In this document: positions 38,637 to 48,545 of the stretch, piece by piece
How the letters are laid out: each line of letters starts with the position of its first letter
How positions within the stretch are numbered: position 1 is the stretch's first letter
Assembly: GCA_050633305.1 (NCBI GenBank)
Contig: JBOEGF010000002.1
Coordinates: forward strand, 287,701-351,700
Reading direction: 5' to 3'
DNA from: Nannocystales bacterium
GTDB lineage: Bacteria > Myxococcota_A > Polyangia > Nannocystales > Nannocystaceae
Length of the DNA stretch: 64,000 nt
Translations under genes and position numbers: made by a program
Notes under the pieces: model-generated
Database searches by the model: none
What the model was told of the DNA's origin: nothing
The model's input: only the letters and a program-made list of their open reading frames with translations

Positions 38637-38846
38637 ATGAAAAGAAAGAACAAAACGCCTTCTTGCAAACGCAACCTCAACCGCGAACTGCCCGACGCGT
38701 TGCTTGAGTCTGTCACGGGCGGCGCGAACCCAGGCGCGGCGCCTGTGGCCAGTTTGCCGTCAATTGGCACGATAGGGTGCTTCCCGCCCGTGGGTACCGT
38801 CGGCTGCTTCCCACCCGTTGGCTGCTTCCCACCCATCGGCACCTAG
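38637..38846 (+). CDS. Putative RiPP/bacteriocin precursor with double-glycine leader
   Basis: Leader ending RELPDALLESVTGG; core ANPGAAPVASLPSIGTIGCFPPVGTVGCFPPVGCFPPIGT; GCFPP repeats differ at synonymous sites. Confidence 0.72.
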   Translation: MKRKNKTPSCKRNLNRELPDALLESVTGGANPGAAPVASLPSIGTIGCFPPVGTVGCFPPVGCFPPIGT

Positions 38847-38881
38847 GCCGAGCACTGCTGTGCACCCGCTGTACCGGGCCC

Positions 38882-38984
38882 ATGAAGGTGACTCGTCACC
38901 ACGCCCGAGGACATCGCGGCCGAGCTCCACGGTGCTCGGCCGCCGCGAGCCTGTACGACCGCACAACTCCAGTTGTTCTCGGCG
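38882..38984 (+). repeat. About 110-bp dispersed repeat, copy 2
   Basis: Matches 35035-35151; 5' frameshift after atgaag. Confidence 0.8.
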
Positions 38985-39209
38985 CTTATTCCTTTGGAGC
39001 AGAGCACCACAAGCACACCCTGCGAACACCACGACGTCTACCCTCAGCTATGGGTCGCGGGTCGCGCGCATGCCACCCGGAGACCTCCCAACAACCCAGG
39101 GACATTCGGGAGGAAGGTATCGCGGAGGTTCACCGGGACGAAGCGGGGCGCGTTGTGGCCCTTTGTCTGGGGGGAGCCCTCCAACTTGGACTGTGCTATT
39201 AAGCCTTTC

Positions 39210-39728
39210 ATGGGGTGAACTAAGGCTGTATGTCGAGTGCCAGCACGCAGGTTGGGAGTTCGTCGGCAACAAGACAACACAGAAATACTACAGGTTGTTC
39301 GCGATACTGGGTGCGAAAGGATTCGAAGAGTACCTCGAAGGCCTGATGTCGTTGACATCAGTCCCAGGGCCCCAGACGATCCATCTCCGGCAGTCCTCCG
39401 AGCCCTCAAACTGATGCACGGGGATGAAGATTTTGCAGTTCATATGGGGCTCCAGGATCTGCTCGACTATCCCTGGAGCGCGACAGAGCCCAAGCGATGC
39501 CTGGCAGGTCCGCTCGCCTTTCATCAGTACGAAACCGACGGAAAAGACGAGTTCCTACTGGACGAGTCTCGCGAAGAGTTCGCGAAGAGCTTGGGCCTAT
39601 CGGAGGTCACGAACCAGACGATGCGCGCTCTCATTCGGGAGCGCCCTGCCGTTCTGGCCGACCCGTTGCGAGAATCTGCGGGTGCGTACACCTTCGTTCG
39701 ATCGAATCTACGGCGGCCCAGCAACTAA
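39210..39728 (+). pseudogene. Frameshifted hypothetical gene (MG..LYVE...YYRLFAILG...PDD.S pattern, reminiscent of phage-type hypotheticals)
   Basis: Continuous protein-like sequence needs about 2 frameshifts; AT-richer than surroundings. Confidence 0.5.
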
Positions 39729-39959
39729 GCTTCGCCGAGGCTGTCGAGTGGTTCGAGTCTTGTGTTGAGGAGCCTGGACGAAGACAGGCTCGTGTCATGA
39801 TGATCATAGGTATTTAGAGCCGTCTGAGTCCACGCGACACATTCGACGCCAAGCGTCCGCGGTGAGGGACCCGACACCACTCGCCGCATCGGACGGATCA
39901 ATACGAGTCAGCGCACGGACAGCAGCGAGACGCATGTCTGCATCGACGGCGGTTAAAGG

Positions 39960-40125
39960 CAAGGAAGGTCTACGCGACTCGGTACCTCTTCGAGAGCTTC
40001 TTCCACCGCCTCAAACGCTTCCGAGCCATCGCGAGGCGTTTACGAAAAGACCAGCCGCAGCTTTCTGGCCTTGGTCCAGTTCGCCTGTTCGATTCTTTGG
40101 CTGGAATCGAATTGAGGACACCCCC
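39960..40125 (+). mobile_element. IS5-family transposase C-terminal remnant with right end
   Basis: KVYATRYLFESFFHRLKRFRAIA.R/YEKTSRSFLALVQFACSILWLESN* with one frameshift, then ggacaccccc end. Confidence 0.85.
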
Positions 40126-40147
40126 GAGTTGTTCTACCCTTCAGGTA

Positions 40148-40717
40148 ATGGAGCCCACTGAGTCCGATCGACTGCGGACCGCGTTCCCTACGGCGCTGCG
40201 CAATGACGTGGAACGTGCCCTCGCTGTTCTGCCTCCAACGGCGCATCCCCCGACTCAGGACGTGGGGCCCGTCCTTGTCGCAGGGGAACGCATTCGTATC
40301 CCGCACAGGATCTACTCGTCAGAGCCCAACGAGGTTCAACTCGATGGGCTCTCCCCGCTCCACCGGAAACTCGTCGCCTGCCTATACACGAGACATCACG
40401 ACGGGTTTGTGCGTGAGAAGCACTTGCGCGAACTACTGAGAGATGCCGAACGGTGGGTCGTCCCGTTTGTAATCCAGCTTGTTGGCGAGTACGTGCTTGA
40501 AGTCATACTGCTGTTGGAGTCCCGAGCCCCGCTGTTCCAGCAGCCTCACTTCGTCACCTTCGCACGCGCGAACCCCGACTTCATCGACCTGACGAAGCAG
40601 CGCGCGATCAGCTATTGGGACTGCTACCATCGCCACCGCTATCCCAAGTTGAAGGACTACCCCGGCGTCAAGCTCATCGAGGCATTGGAACGAGCGTCGG
40701 CCACCCAAGCTGACTAG
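40148..40717 (+). CDS. Hypothetical protein (immunity-like)
   Basis: IPHRIY...CLYTRHHDGFVREKHL...WVVPFVIQLVGEYVLEV...QRAISYWDCY; clean ORF from ATG 40148. Confidence 0.82.
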   Translation: MEPTESDRLRTAFPTALRNDVERALAVLPPTAHPPTQDVGPVLVAGERIRIPHRIYSSEPNEVQLDGLSPLHRKLVACLYTRHHDGFVREKHLRELLRDAERWVVPFVIQLVGEYVLEVILLLESRAPLFQQPHFVTFARANPDFIDLTKQRAISYWDCYHRHRYPKLKDYPGVKLIEALERASATQAD

Positions 40718-40721
40718 CAAG

Positions 40722-40765
40722 CTAGCTAGGGGGTGTCCTCAATTCGATTCCAGCCAAAGCACCGA
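40722..40765 (-). mobile_element. Second right end of the same IS5-family element, inverted
   Basis: 40729-40759 is the perfect 31-bp reverse complement of 40095-40125; on the minus strand it reads ...ggacaccccctagctag with a CTAG target-like site. Confidence 0.85.
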
Positions 40766-41178
40766 AACGTCAGCACGTGCTTTCCCTTCACCGGGTCACC
40801 GAGGGAGAGGGGAAGCTGGCGGAGTTCGGGCCGGAGCGCTGCATGTTTGGTATCACCTCGTCGGAACCGGCCGATGGCTATTCCCCGGACTGGGCGCTCG
40901 AGTAGCCGCAGGCGCGCAGGCGCGCAGGGGTGCTCGTGGCGACGCAACGGCGCGATATCGGCGTACCGCTGAAGGTGACACGAGCCCCCGTTCGCACCAA
41001 TTCTTCTCTGCCAACCTCCTGACGCCCCGCGACTGACGACGGCATCGAGCGACGGCCGGAACGATGAGCAGACACGCCCACGGAGGTGAGCGTGCGACTT
41101 GGATTGCTTCCGCCACTGCGAAGCATGCTTCCCTCCGGCGCGCATCGTTGGGCCTGTACGTAGGTCGTCTTGACGGTC

Positions 41179-42153
41179 TCATCTGGCGACGTCGCTACCG
41201 CCGGACCAGTCAAAGATCCACTCGTGCGCCTCAACCCGCTCGTGCTTCTCCCCGTCGACGATGACAGTGACGCGGAGTTCGAGCATCGCTTGGGTTGGCA
41301 GCAGTGTGATGGGGTCGGTCACAGTTTCGGCCGTCGATAGACGGCGGACCTGCATCTGGTCACTGCGCGTCTCCCAATCGGAGACAGGAAGCGGCGTGTC
41401 GCCGTCGACACTCTCGGAGAACTGCAAGGCCATCGTGCCAACTGCAGCCGCTGCCGCCGGCCCCTCCAGAACCGAGGATGCCCGCATCCGCACTCGCCCG
41501 TCCGCAGCCCCGAGATGCTCGACGGTCGCGGGTATCGAGAGCGGACGACCAAGAACGCTAACTTCAAACGCCCCATCGAGGCTTTCCCCGGGCTCCAACT
41601 GCATACCGATCCACAGCTCGACCCAAGTTCTCCAGAACTCGCCGAGTTTCTCGTCGAGCATCGCCTCCATCCCCGGGACCGCCATGGACTTGTGGAGGGT
41701 GGCAACCATCTCGTCGGGAAGAACCCCTTTCATCGCGGCCAGGAAAGCGTCCATGTCGACCCCAAGCCAACGTCCGTCCGAACTGACACGATACGGCGGC
41801 AGGCGCCCAACAGCCTGGGTCGCGACTTGGTCGAGAGCAGCCACAACCCTGGGGTCTTGCAGGTCTAGGCCTTCGACCTCACGGAATTCAAAGTTGCGAT
41901 AGAAGATGAGCCAGTCGTCTCCGTCCCGCTCCGTCGCGATCCGGTAGTGTGTCGTGGAGTGCCGTCCCTTCTTCAGGATGCGCTCGGTGACCTCGGCCGT
42001 CGCGCCGTCGGGCCAGTTAAAGCGAAGCGCTTGTCTCGCCGGGGGGGCAGAGGGTGCACGTTCGGCCGGGGCGTCGACGCTCGAGCGTGGGGCGCAGGCG
42101 CCCGCCAAGAACAAGCAACAGAGGCCAGCAAGGGCAATTCGTTCCAGTCGCAT
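41179..42153 (-). CDS. Hypothetical lipoprotein
   Basis: LAGAC lipobox; LRFNWP..A.V. Confidence 0.85.
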   Translation of the reverse strand: MRLERIALAGLCCLFLAGACAPRSSVDAPAERAPSAPPARQALRFNWPDGATAEVTERILKKGRHSTTHYRIATERDGDDWLIFYRNFEFREVEGLDLQDPRVVAALDQVATQAVGRLPPYRVSSDGRWLGVDMDAFLAAMKGVLPDEMVATLHKSMAVPGMEAMLDEKLGEFWRTWVELWIGMQLEPGESLDGAFEVSVLGRPLSIPATVEHLGAADGRVRMRASSVLEGPAAAAAVGTMALQFSESVDGDTPLPVSDWETRSDQMQVRRLSTAETVTDPITLLPTQAMLELRVTVIVDGEKHERVEAHEWIFDWSGGSDVAR

Positions 42154-42391
42154 GCCTACCTACACAACGTACGCACGGAAGCCGAGCGAGAACAACCGCA
42201 AACCTTGCCCACAACGCCTACTGCATCGACAATGTTCTCCGTCGAGTGAGTGCGTGCCCCAGTTCGTACGCGATCGCTTCAGCCGAGCAGCGCCAGCGGT
42301 CCCGTTCCTTCACCGACAGGGACTTCCTTGCTTGTGCTGGCGCGTCGATCGAGCCCAACTCTTGGACCCAACACTCGTGGCATGATGGGGA

Positions 42392-43327
42392 GTGCTCCGC
42401 CGTTTTGCCATGCTTGTGTCGGTGCTCGCCGCATGCATGCCCGTCGTCCAAACCGAGGCTGAAACCGAGCACGGCTCCGATTCGGGCTCGGAGTGGGATT
42501 CGGCTGAAATCACCGGAGACTCGCCGTTCCCACCGCCAGTTGAGGGGTACTCGAGTTGCGCCCCAACGGTACACCGGGGCACGGTACCTCGCTCCCAAGT
42601 GGCCAGCTCGCTCGCGGCCACGCTTTGTATTGCACAGGAAGAATGCTGCCCGGATGCTCGGCCTTCCCCGAGCTGTCGTCATTCGATGAACATGGGGTTC
42701 GAGGAGCTTGATGCACGCGCGGAGGAGCTCGGCCTCGCCTACGATGACGTATGCACGGGCATTCAGCGGGCGATCGTTGGCGGCCTCGGATGCGAAGGCA
42801 TGTCCCCTCAAGACACCAGTCTCGGGGCTTGTTCGATTTACTACGGCGATGGAGAGGAAGGCGACCCCTGCGAGGCGATCGGGACCCTCGGCTCGACCTG
42901 CGCCCAGGAGTTTTCGTGCGCAGCCGGCTCATGCGTCGACCCGTGCAGCGCAGCTCCCCAGGACCGACCCTATGTCTACGGCTACGCCTGCGTTTCCGGA
43001 GAGGTCCCCGCGGGGTATGAATGCAGAGCCCCGCCCTCTGTCGGGGACGCGTGCGACGGCGTGTGTGAAGAAGGGTCGTACTGTGCGGGTCCAGACGCCT
43101 CTTGCGCACCCGGCTGCCTCGGGCGCTGCGTTCCCGACGAGCCGCTCGGTTCCCCCTGCGCCGTCGATGGTGATTGTCGCGAGGCGGTCTGCATCGAACG
43201 AACCTGCTCCGTCGGCCAGCCCAAAGGCGCGCCGTGTGCCCCCGGGTGCGGCCTGGGCCTCAGCTGCGACGCCGAGCTCGGCATCTGCCAGCACACTCCA
43301 AGCGTATGCCGCTCGACCGCCGGCTGA
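42392..43327 (+). CDS. Cys-rich lipoprotein
   Basis: LAAC lipobox; many G..C...C Cys modules. Confidence 0.82.
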   Translation: MLRRFAMLVSVLAACMPVVQTEAETEHGSDSGSEWDSAEITGDSPFPPPVEGYSSCAPTVHRGTVPRSQVASSLAATLCIAQEECCPDARPSPSCRHSMNMGFEELDARAEELGLAYDDVCTGIQRAIVGGLGCEGMSPQDTSLGACSIYYGDGEEGDPCEAIGTLGSTCAQEFSCAAGSCVDPCSAAPQDRPYVYGYACVSGEVPAGYECRAPPSVGDACDGVCEEGSYCAGPDASCAPGCLGRCVPDEPLGSPCAVDGDCREAVCIERTCSVGQPKGAPCAPGCGLGLSCDAELGICQHTPSVCRSTAG

Positions 43328-43405
43328 GCAACGAACCCCGGCCAGGGGACCACGAATCGCCACTCGAGTAGGTTCTTCCCATATCGGTGGTACGCTCAAA
43401 CCTGG

Positions 43406-44584
43406 GTGTTGGATAGGGTCATTGGCGTGGGCGTAGGATTTGCCCTCGGGTTTCTCACGTGCGCCGCTTCCTGCGAGCGTTCGGAGGAGGAGTGCCCGTC
43501 GGTTGACCCGCGGCCTGGCTGCACGTCCGATTGCGGAGCCCCCGGATCACTGCTGTGGGAGCGAACCTTTCAAGGAGGTGCCTCGGGCCGCGTCGCCGCG
43601 CTCACTGTCGACGCGTGCGGATCTGTCATCGCCACGGGGGAGGTGCGCCCGAGTCGCTTTACGGGCAGCGAGGAGATCTGGGTTGCGACCTACCATGCCG
43701 ACGGAGAGCTCGCGTGGAGTGTCGCAGATCGGCTGACACACGGAGCCACCGGAGCCGCGGTCACGCTCCACGAGGGTCGGATCTATGTGGGCGGTCAGGC
43801 TATCGTCTCTGGAGTTGGCCTCGCCTCAGGCGACCGACGGCCGCTGGTGCGCGCCTACTCGACCCAAGGAGAAGGGCTTCAGACGCACATACTCGGAGAT
43901 GACGACCTGGATGTGGTCGATGGGTTCGCGATGGACGCTGAGGGACGCTTCCTCGCCCTGACCCGGCTGGGCAGCACTTGGACCATCCCACCTCAGGAGC
44001 CGCCGGTAGAGACGTTCGACTTCACTGAACTCAGGGCGGTCGCCAGGATGGTGGCGTCTGGTGATGGTCGGGTCGCCGTGTTGGGCGCGTCTGCCACCGA
44101 CGATCTCACTGTGCTGTTGCTCGTGTACGACAGCGAAGGGACCGAGATCTGGCGGGCGTCGAGGGACGTATTCCCTCGCCACGTCGGGTTCGACGGTGAA
44201 GGAACACTTGTCATTGTCGACGGACCGGAGGACGACGTGATCACCGTGCGCCGATACCTCCCTTCGGGGGGGACGGCCGTAGCGGAGAGCGTACCCCTTC
44301 CCTCTGGGGTTCGGCTGTTCGCGTCTACCGTGGACCAGCGCGGTCGGGTGGTTGTCGGAGGAGACCTCGAAGACGCACAGGGTCTTCGCGTACCGTGGGT
44401 CGCACGGTTGTCCGCAACCGGTGTCGAGTGGTCGTGGACGCGGCCTGACCTGCCCGGGGACGGTTCGGTTCAGAGTTTGGCTGTCGATGCCGTCGATGCC
44501 GTGTTCGTCGGTGCTCGTGTCGATGTGTCTGCACTCTCCGGGATGATCGGTAGCGACATTTGGATTGGACGGCTTGCACCATGA
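43406..44584 (+). CDS. Beta-propeller (SBBP-like) lipoprotein
   Basis: AASC lipobox; ALTVDACGSVIATG, IWVATYHADGELAW, LAVDAVDAVFVG, DIWIGRLAP. Confidence 0.82.
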   Translation: MLDRVIGVGVGFALGFLTCAASCERSEEECPSVDPRPGCTSDCGAPGSLLWERTFQGGASGRVAALTVDACGSVIATGEVRPSRFTGSEEIWVATYHADGELAWSVADRLTHGATGAAVTLHEGRIYVGGQAIVSGVGLASGDRRPLVRAYSTQGEGLQTHILGDDDLDVVDGFAMDAEGRFLALTRLGSTWTIPPQEPPVETFDFTELRAVARMVASGDGRVAVLGASATDDLTVLLLVYDSEGTEIWRASRDVFPRHVGFDGEGTLVIVDGPEDDVITVRRYLPSGGTAVAESVPLPSGVRLFASTVDQRGRVVVGGDLEDAQGLRVPWVARLSATGVEWSWTRPDLPGDGSVQSLAVDAVDAVFVGARVDVSALSGMIGSDIWIGRLAP

Positions 44585-45885
44585 GGATTCATCTTCGGGC
44601 AGCACTCGGACTGTGCAGCGTGCTCCTTGGACTCGGCGCATGCGAGGAGCCCAAGATCGCGGGTTCGAAGGGCGTCGTTCGTGTGGGGCGGCACAACTGC
44701 GCGAGCTTGGGGGACGGGAACGTCCGCTGCTGGGGAGGCGGCGAGGAACTTCCCTACGTAACGAACTGGGCAGGTGGTGCAGACCCAGAACAACTCTATG
44801 CAATTGCGCCCGTCCACATCGCGCCCGGCGTGACCGACTTCGACACAGATGACGCGATGTGTGTGGTCACCCGGGACGGCGACGTCTGGTGCTTCGGGAA
44901 CAACCTCTCGGCCGGGGAGGAAGTTCGAACCCCCTATCGCCCGAGCATCACATCCGTCGGAGAACCGTTCGTTCACGTCCGTACAGGACAGGGTCGGACC
45001 TGCGGCATCACAGAGGCTGGACGCGCATGGTGCTGGGGCGAGAACTCCGCCGGTGAACTCGGACTCGGGGACATCGGGGACGTTGGGGACGACGAGACCC
45101 CCCAAAGCGTCGGCCCGCTTCCAATTGAGGCGGACGTCAAAAGCGTAGCGTTCGCATGGCGCGAGACGTGCGTCCTGACCACGGCTGGTGTCGTGCGATG
45201 CTGGCCTGCGGGGACGGGAGCTGCCGACGGGACAACAGTTGACTTGCCGTCGAGTGCTGAGCAGATCACGGCCGGGACCGAGCATTTCTGCGCACGGCTT
45301 GAAGACGGTCGAGTGTACTGCTGGGGCCAAGTGGCCGGCGGTCGATTGGGCCTCGGACTGGGGAGCGTTTCGGGGCCGTGTTCCACCTGTGACGACGGCC
45401 CGCAATGTTGCATTGGCGACGATGAGTCCGTTGCATCCGCGGGTCCCGTCGCGCTGGGCGGGCGGGCGACCGACATCGATGCGGGAACCGGGGTGACGTG
45501 TGCAGTGCTCGAGGCGGGTGGCGTGAGGTGCTGGGGACGCAGCACCTACGGCGTCGTTGGCCTCGCGGAGGTTCAAGTGGTTGGCAAGCACGAGACCCCC
45601 GACGCCGTCCCCACGCTCGATCTCGGCGGCCCAGCGCAGCAGGTGTCGGTGGGCTCCTCCGAGGCGTGTGCCTGGATGACGGACGAGAGCATCCGCTGTT
45701 GGGGCTGGACAGATTGGTGGGACGGATTCGACGATCACGTCTGCTGGATCGAGACAGAGATCCCTTCCGACGGATCGCATGGCATCTTCCCCACGATCGA
45801 GCGAGAGTTCTCCTGCGAGCTGCATCCGCGTTGTTGCATCGGCGATGACGAGTCTCCCAAGGACGGGCCCCTCGTCCCGTTGTGA
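44581..45885 (+). CDS. RCC1-repeat lipoprotein
   Basis: LGAC lipobox; repeated HNCA..DGNVRCWG, TCGI..AGRAWCWGEN..GELG, HFCARLEDGRVYCWG; ATGA overlap with the upstream gene. Confidence 0.92.
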   Translation: MRIHLRAALGLCSVLLGLGACEEPKIAGSKGVVRVGRHNCASLGDGNVRCWGGGEELPYVTNWAGGADPEQLYAIAPVHIAPGVTDFDTDDAMCVVTRDGDVWCFGNNLSAGEEVRTPYRPSITSVGEPFVHVRTGQGRTCGITEAGRAWCWGENSAGELGLGDIGDVGDDETPQSVGPLPIEADVKSVAFAWRETCVLTTAGVVRCWPAGTGAADGTTVDLPSSAEQITAGTEHFCARLEDGRVYCWGQVAGGRLGLGLGSVSGPCSTCDDGPQCCIGDDESVASAGPVALGGRATDIDAGTGVTCAVLEAGGVRCWGRSTYGVVGLAEVQVVGKHETPDAVPTLDLGGPAQQVSVGSSEACAWMTDESIRCWGWTDWWDGFDDHVCWIETEIPSDGSHGIFPTIEREFSCELHPRCCIGDDESPKDGPLVPL

Positions 45886-45949
45886 TCGAGCCTTGCGGCG
45901 GACGGTGAAGACGCGAGTGACCGGCACCGGCCGTCGTCCAGGTGTCGGA

Positions 45950-45986
45950 CGCGTAGCCAAATACGACAGCACTGTCGTATTTGAGC
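45950..45986. repeat. 37-bp repeat with 11-bp inverted repeat, copy 1
   Basis: aaatacgacag-ca-ctgtcgtattt (45959-45982); second copy at 55098-55134. Confidence 0.85.
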
Positions 45987-46067
45987 TGCGACGTCGGGCG
46001 GCGCAGCTTCCGGTTCCCATCAGGTCTCGTGAGAACGAGCGAAACGCGGAGGGTTCAGACGCGGCCG

Positions 46068-46143
46068 GCATTCAGGGCTCGAACACGTCCGTCGGGTCTG
46101 ACACGGTCGCAGCCCGCACGAGCCGGCGGTCGAGCGTCTCTGC
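46068..46143 (-). pseudogene. 76-bp remnant of an Rpn gene 3' end fused to an unrelated fragment
   Basis: Matches 50286-50361 with 3 mismatches; AETLDRRLVRAATVSDPTDVFEP*. Confidence 0.85.
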
Positions 46144-46613
46144 CAGACCCACGCTGAACTTGACGCCCTGTTCCACCCGGCGCAGCAAGAGCTCGGCCTC
46201 GGTGCGATAGAGGATCTGAGGGGAACCGAGCCCTTCAAAGTCGGCGACTGCAGCGTCCAACACGCCCTCGAGAACCCGCGTCGTTTGGAGCACGCCGTCG
46301 TGGAACTCCACCTGGTCGACCGCAGCGTCATTGACGACGAACACGAAACCGACCGGGCCTTGTCCACCTGCGTATCCTCCGAGAAACCGGGAACTCCGCC
46401 GCGGGCCAGCAGGACTCGTATTCCGTGCCCAGCGACACGTCGGTCACGACATCCTCGCCGGCGTCGGGGATGGGCTCCCGCCTGAAGCGGTTCCTCGATG
46501 ACTCGTTCCTTCGATCGTCGTGATCATCTGCTGCGCGACGCCGTGGAAGAACCCCGGCTCGTTGTGGAGGACGACGGCTGAGTGGCCGTTCGATGACGAA
46601 GTTTGGCGCCCGT

Positions 46614-47921
46614 CTAGCTCTCATCGAGAACGAAGGTCGCGATGGCGTCGATCGCTGCGGCATCCACGTGCCCGAGCCGTTTGTACTCGTCTGGGCCCGG
46701 AGTACCTTCTCCCAGCATGAACATGTGGTTGACCCCCGGGATCTGTACGAACGTGGCTGGAGTTTCGCCCAGCGCCTTTTTCCACTTCCCAGCTTCGGAG
46801 AGCGGCACTTGGTAGTCCCGCTCTCCAAACATCAACAAAGCGCGCTTCCCGGCCCCCTTCAGGCCATCCGCCGGGTTGTTCCCGTTCAGGTCAGCCCAGA
46901 ACCGATTGGGGGCACCCATTGTTGAGCCCGGCGTGGATCCGTCCAGCGCCGCGATCCGCGTCGACATGTTTCGGACCAGCGCGAGCTGTGCCCGCTCGGC
47001 AACCGACAGCTCTCCGTCAAGGTTTGCGAGGTACTCGGCCTGCACTGGGATGAGCGAGGCAAGCGGAGAAATGTTGGCCGCGAGCAAGACCACACCAGCA
47101 CACGACGGAACCTCGCTCGCGATCCACGGCAGGACATGCCCGCCCAAGCTGTGGCCCGCCAGATACACCGGAGCCCCGCCCGCAAGTTCGTGAGCAGCTG
47201 TTGCTGCCCGCACAGCATCCTCGACGACAACTTCGCGGACGCCTACGCTAGCCTCCACCTCAGCGAGCGCCGCCGGGTGCACGAACGTCCGCTTGTCGTA
47301 GCGGAGCGTCGCGATCCCGTGAGCGGCCAAACCCCAGGCGATATCGCGAAACGGGCGGTTGGGTCCGAGACGCTCATCGCGGTCATGCGGACCCGACCCG
47401 TGAACGAGTACCACCCATGCGCGCGGATCCTCGGGGAGTGTCACGGTGGCCGACAGCGGCCAGGCCTCACCGGGAAGTGCCAGGGCCTCTTCGTGAAAGC
47501 CGCTGAGGTCCGCCTTGGGGTTCGGGCGCCAGTCCATCCATCGCAGGGAGGTGAGCCGGCCTTCTTCGGTACGAAGCGCCCGCAGCGGAACGAGCACGCC
47601 TCCGAACGTGAAGAACAACCGCGTTACAGTGCCGTCGTGGCTCGAATCGACCGCAGCCAAGCCTGAACAAGGCCCGAACGCGTCGATCAGCCCGTTCCAC
47701 TTGGTCTCGAACCCATCGCGGCCTTCCTCCGTGTCAAGAAGATCGTGCGCCTCTTGTAGCCGCCCTTCGCACGCCGCGGTCGCAAAGGCCTCCACCGGCG
47801 AGCTCTGGGCCTCGGTCTTTGCGTTGGACGACGCGTCAGGTTGCGCCGTCGTCGGACTTGGCAGCGACGGCGTGCTGCAGGCGAGGCTCGAGGTCAGTGC
47901 TAGGACGGGAAGAAATCGCAT
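46614..47921 (-). CDS. Alpha/beta hydrolase lipoprotein with DUF3887-like N-terminal domain
   Basis: SLAC lipobox; VLVHGSGPHDRDE, LRYDKR, GHSLGG nucleophile, GERDYQV, NHMF. Confidence 0.92.
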   Translation of the reverse strand: MRFLPVLALTSSLACSTPSLPSPTTAQPDASSNAKTEAQSSPVEAFATAACEGRLQEAHDLLDTEEGRDGFETKWNGLIDAFGPCSGLAAVDSSHDGTVTRLFFTFGGVLVPLRALRTEEGRLTSLRWMDWRPNPKADLSGFHEEALALPGEAWPLSATVTLPEDPRAWVVLVHGSGPHDRDERLGPNRPFRDIAWGLAAHGIATLRYDKRTFVHPAALAEVEASVGVREVVVEDAVRAATAAHELAGGAPVYLAGHSLGGHVLPWIASEVPSCAGVVLLAANISPLASLIPVQAEYLANLDGELSVAERAQLALVRNMSTRIAALDGSTPGSTMGAPNRFWADLNGNNPADGLKGAGKRALLMFGERDYQVPLSEAGKWKKALGETPATFVQIPGVNHMFMLGEGTPGPDEYKRLGHVDAAAIDAIATFVLDES

Positions 47922-47953
47922 GCTGTCTCCTGTTGAGCTCGTCTCGCAGCTGC

Positions 47954-48358
47954 TTAGGCGCGCGCGAGGCCACAACGTAGCTTCGAACCCCGACCGCGGT
48001 CATCTTCGAACTCGATGAAGACCCCGCGACCTCCGCTCCCGGGGACCGAGAACTCGGTCCCCCGGCCCGATCGCCGAAGCCAATTGAAGCCAACGCCTCC
48101 GGCAATGGACATCCTCGTCACGACGACCGAACGAATCGAATGGAGGGGAACGCAGCGTTCGAGAAGACCGAAGCGAATCCGACACGACTCGCTATCGATC
48201 TCCACGCGCACCACCGCGAACAAGAACCAGACCACAGCGAGAACACCGACAACGGCGAGCTTCCAAGTCGCGGCCAGTGCAGCAAGCACCGCGACCACCA
48301 GAACCGTACCCAGGAAAACCTTCCCGGGTACGCTCGTATGTTGCTTCCAAGGCTTCAT
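47954..48358 (-). CDS. Small membrane protein (2 TM plus PH-like domain), 3' end probably frameshifted
   Basis: Two hydrophobic segments, VRVEID...IRFG...VPL.SIRSV...GVFIEF; a typical tail VASRAPKQL lies in another frame. Confidence 0.55.
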   Translation of the reverse strand: MKPWKQHTSVPGKVFLGTVLVVAVLAALAATWKLAVVGVLAVVWFLFAVVRVEIDSESCRIRFGLLERCVPLHSIRSVVVTRMSIAGGVGFNWLRRSGRGTEFSVPGSGGRGVFIEFEDDRGRGSKLRCGLARA

Positions 48359-48545
48359 CGGTGAGAGCGCAGAGGGAGCAGGTACAGGCACAGGACACCC
48401 ACCATGGTGATCGAGAAGTTCGTGATCCCGTGTAGCAGCAAGATCCCGACGTGAAGTGCGACCGCCGGCACGAAGATCGCGCGTCGAAATCGCGGACCGA
48501 CGAAGATCGAGACCGCCAACGTACACTCAAACAAGATCACCAGGT
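48355..48545 (-). pseudogene. C-terminal remnant of an HTTM/SdpB-like membrane protein
   Basis: VILFECTLAVSIF...AVALHVGILLLHGITNFSITMVGVLCLYLLP*; upstream part absent, Fic gene in its place. Confidence 0.6.

Noticed and set aside
44470..46071. 533-aa - strand ORF
   Set aside because: Antisense shadow of the RCC1 gene
46072..46344. 90-aa ORF as a free-standing RpnS
   Set aside because: Only the last ~24 codons are Rpn-derived; it lacks the MTIEEQL start and EGKA repeats, and the rest looks like an unrelated VCBS-like fragment
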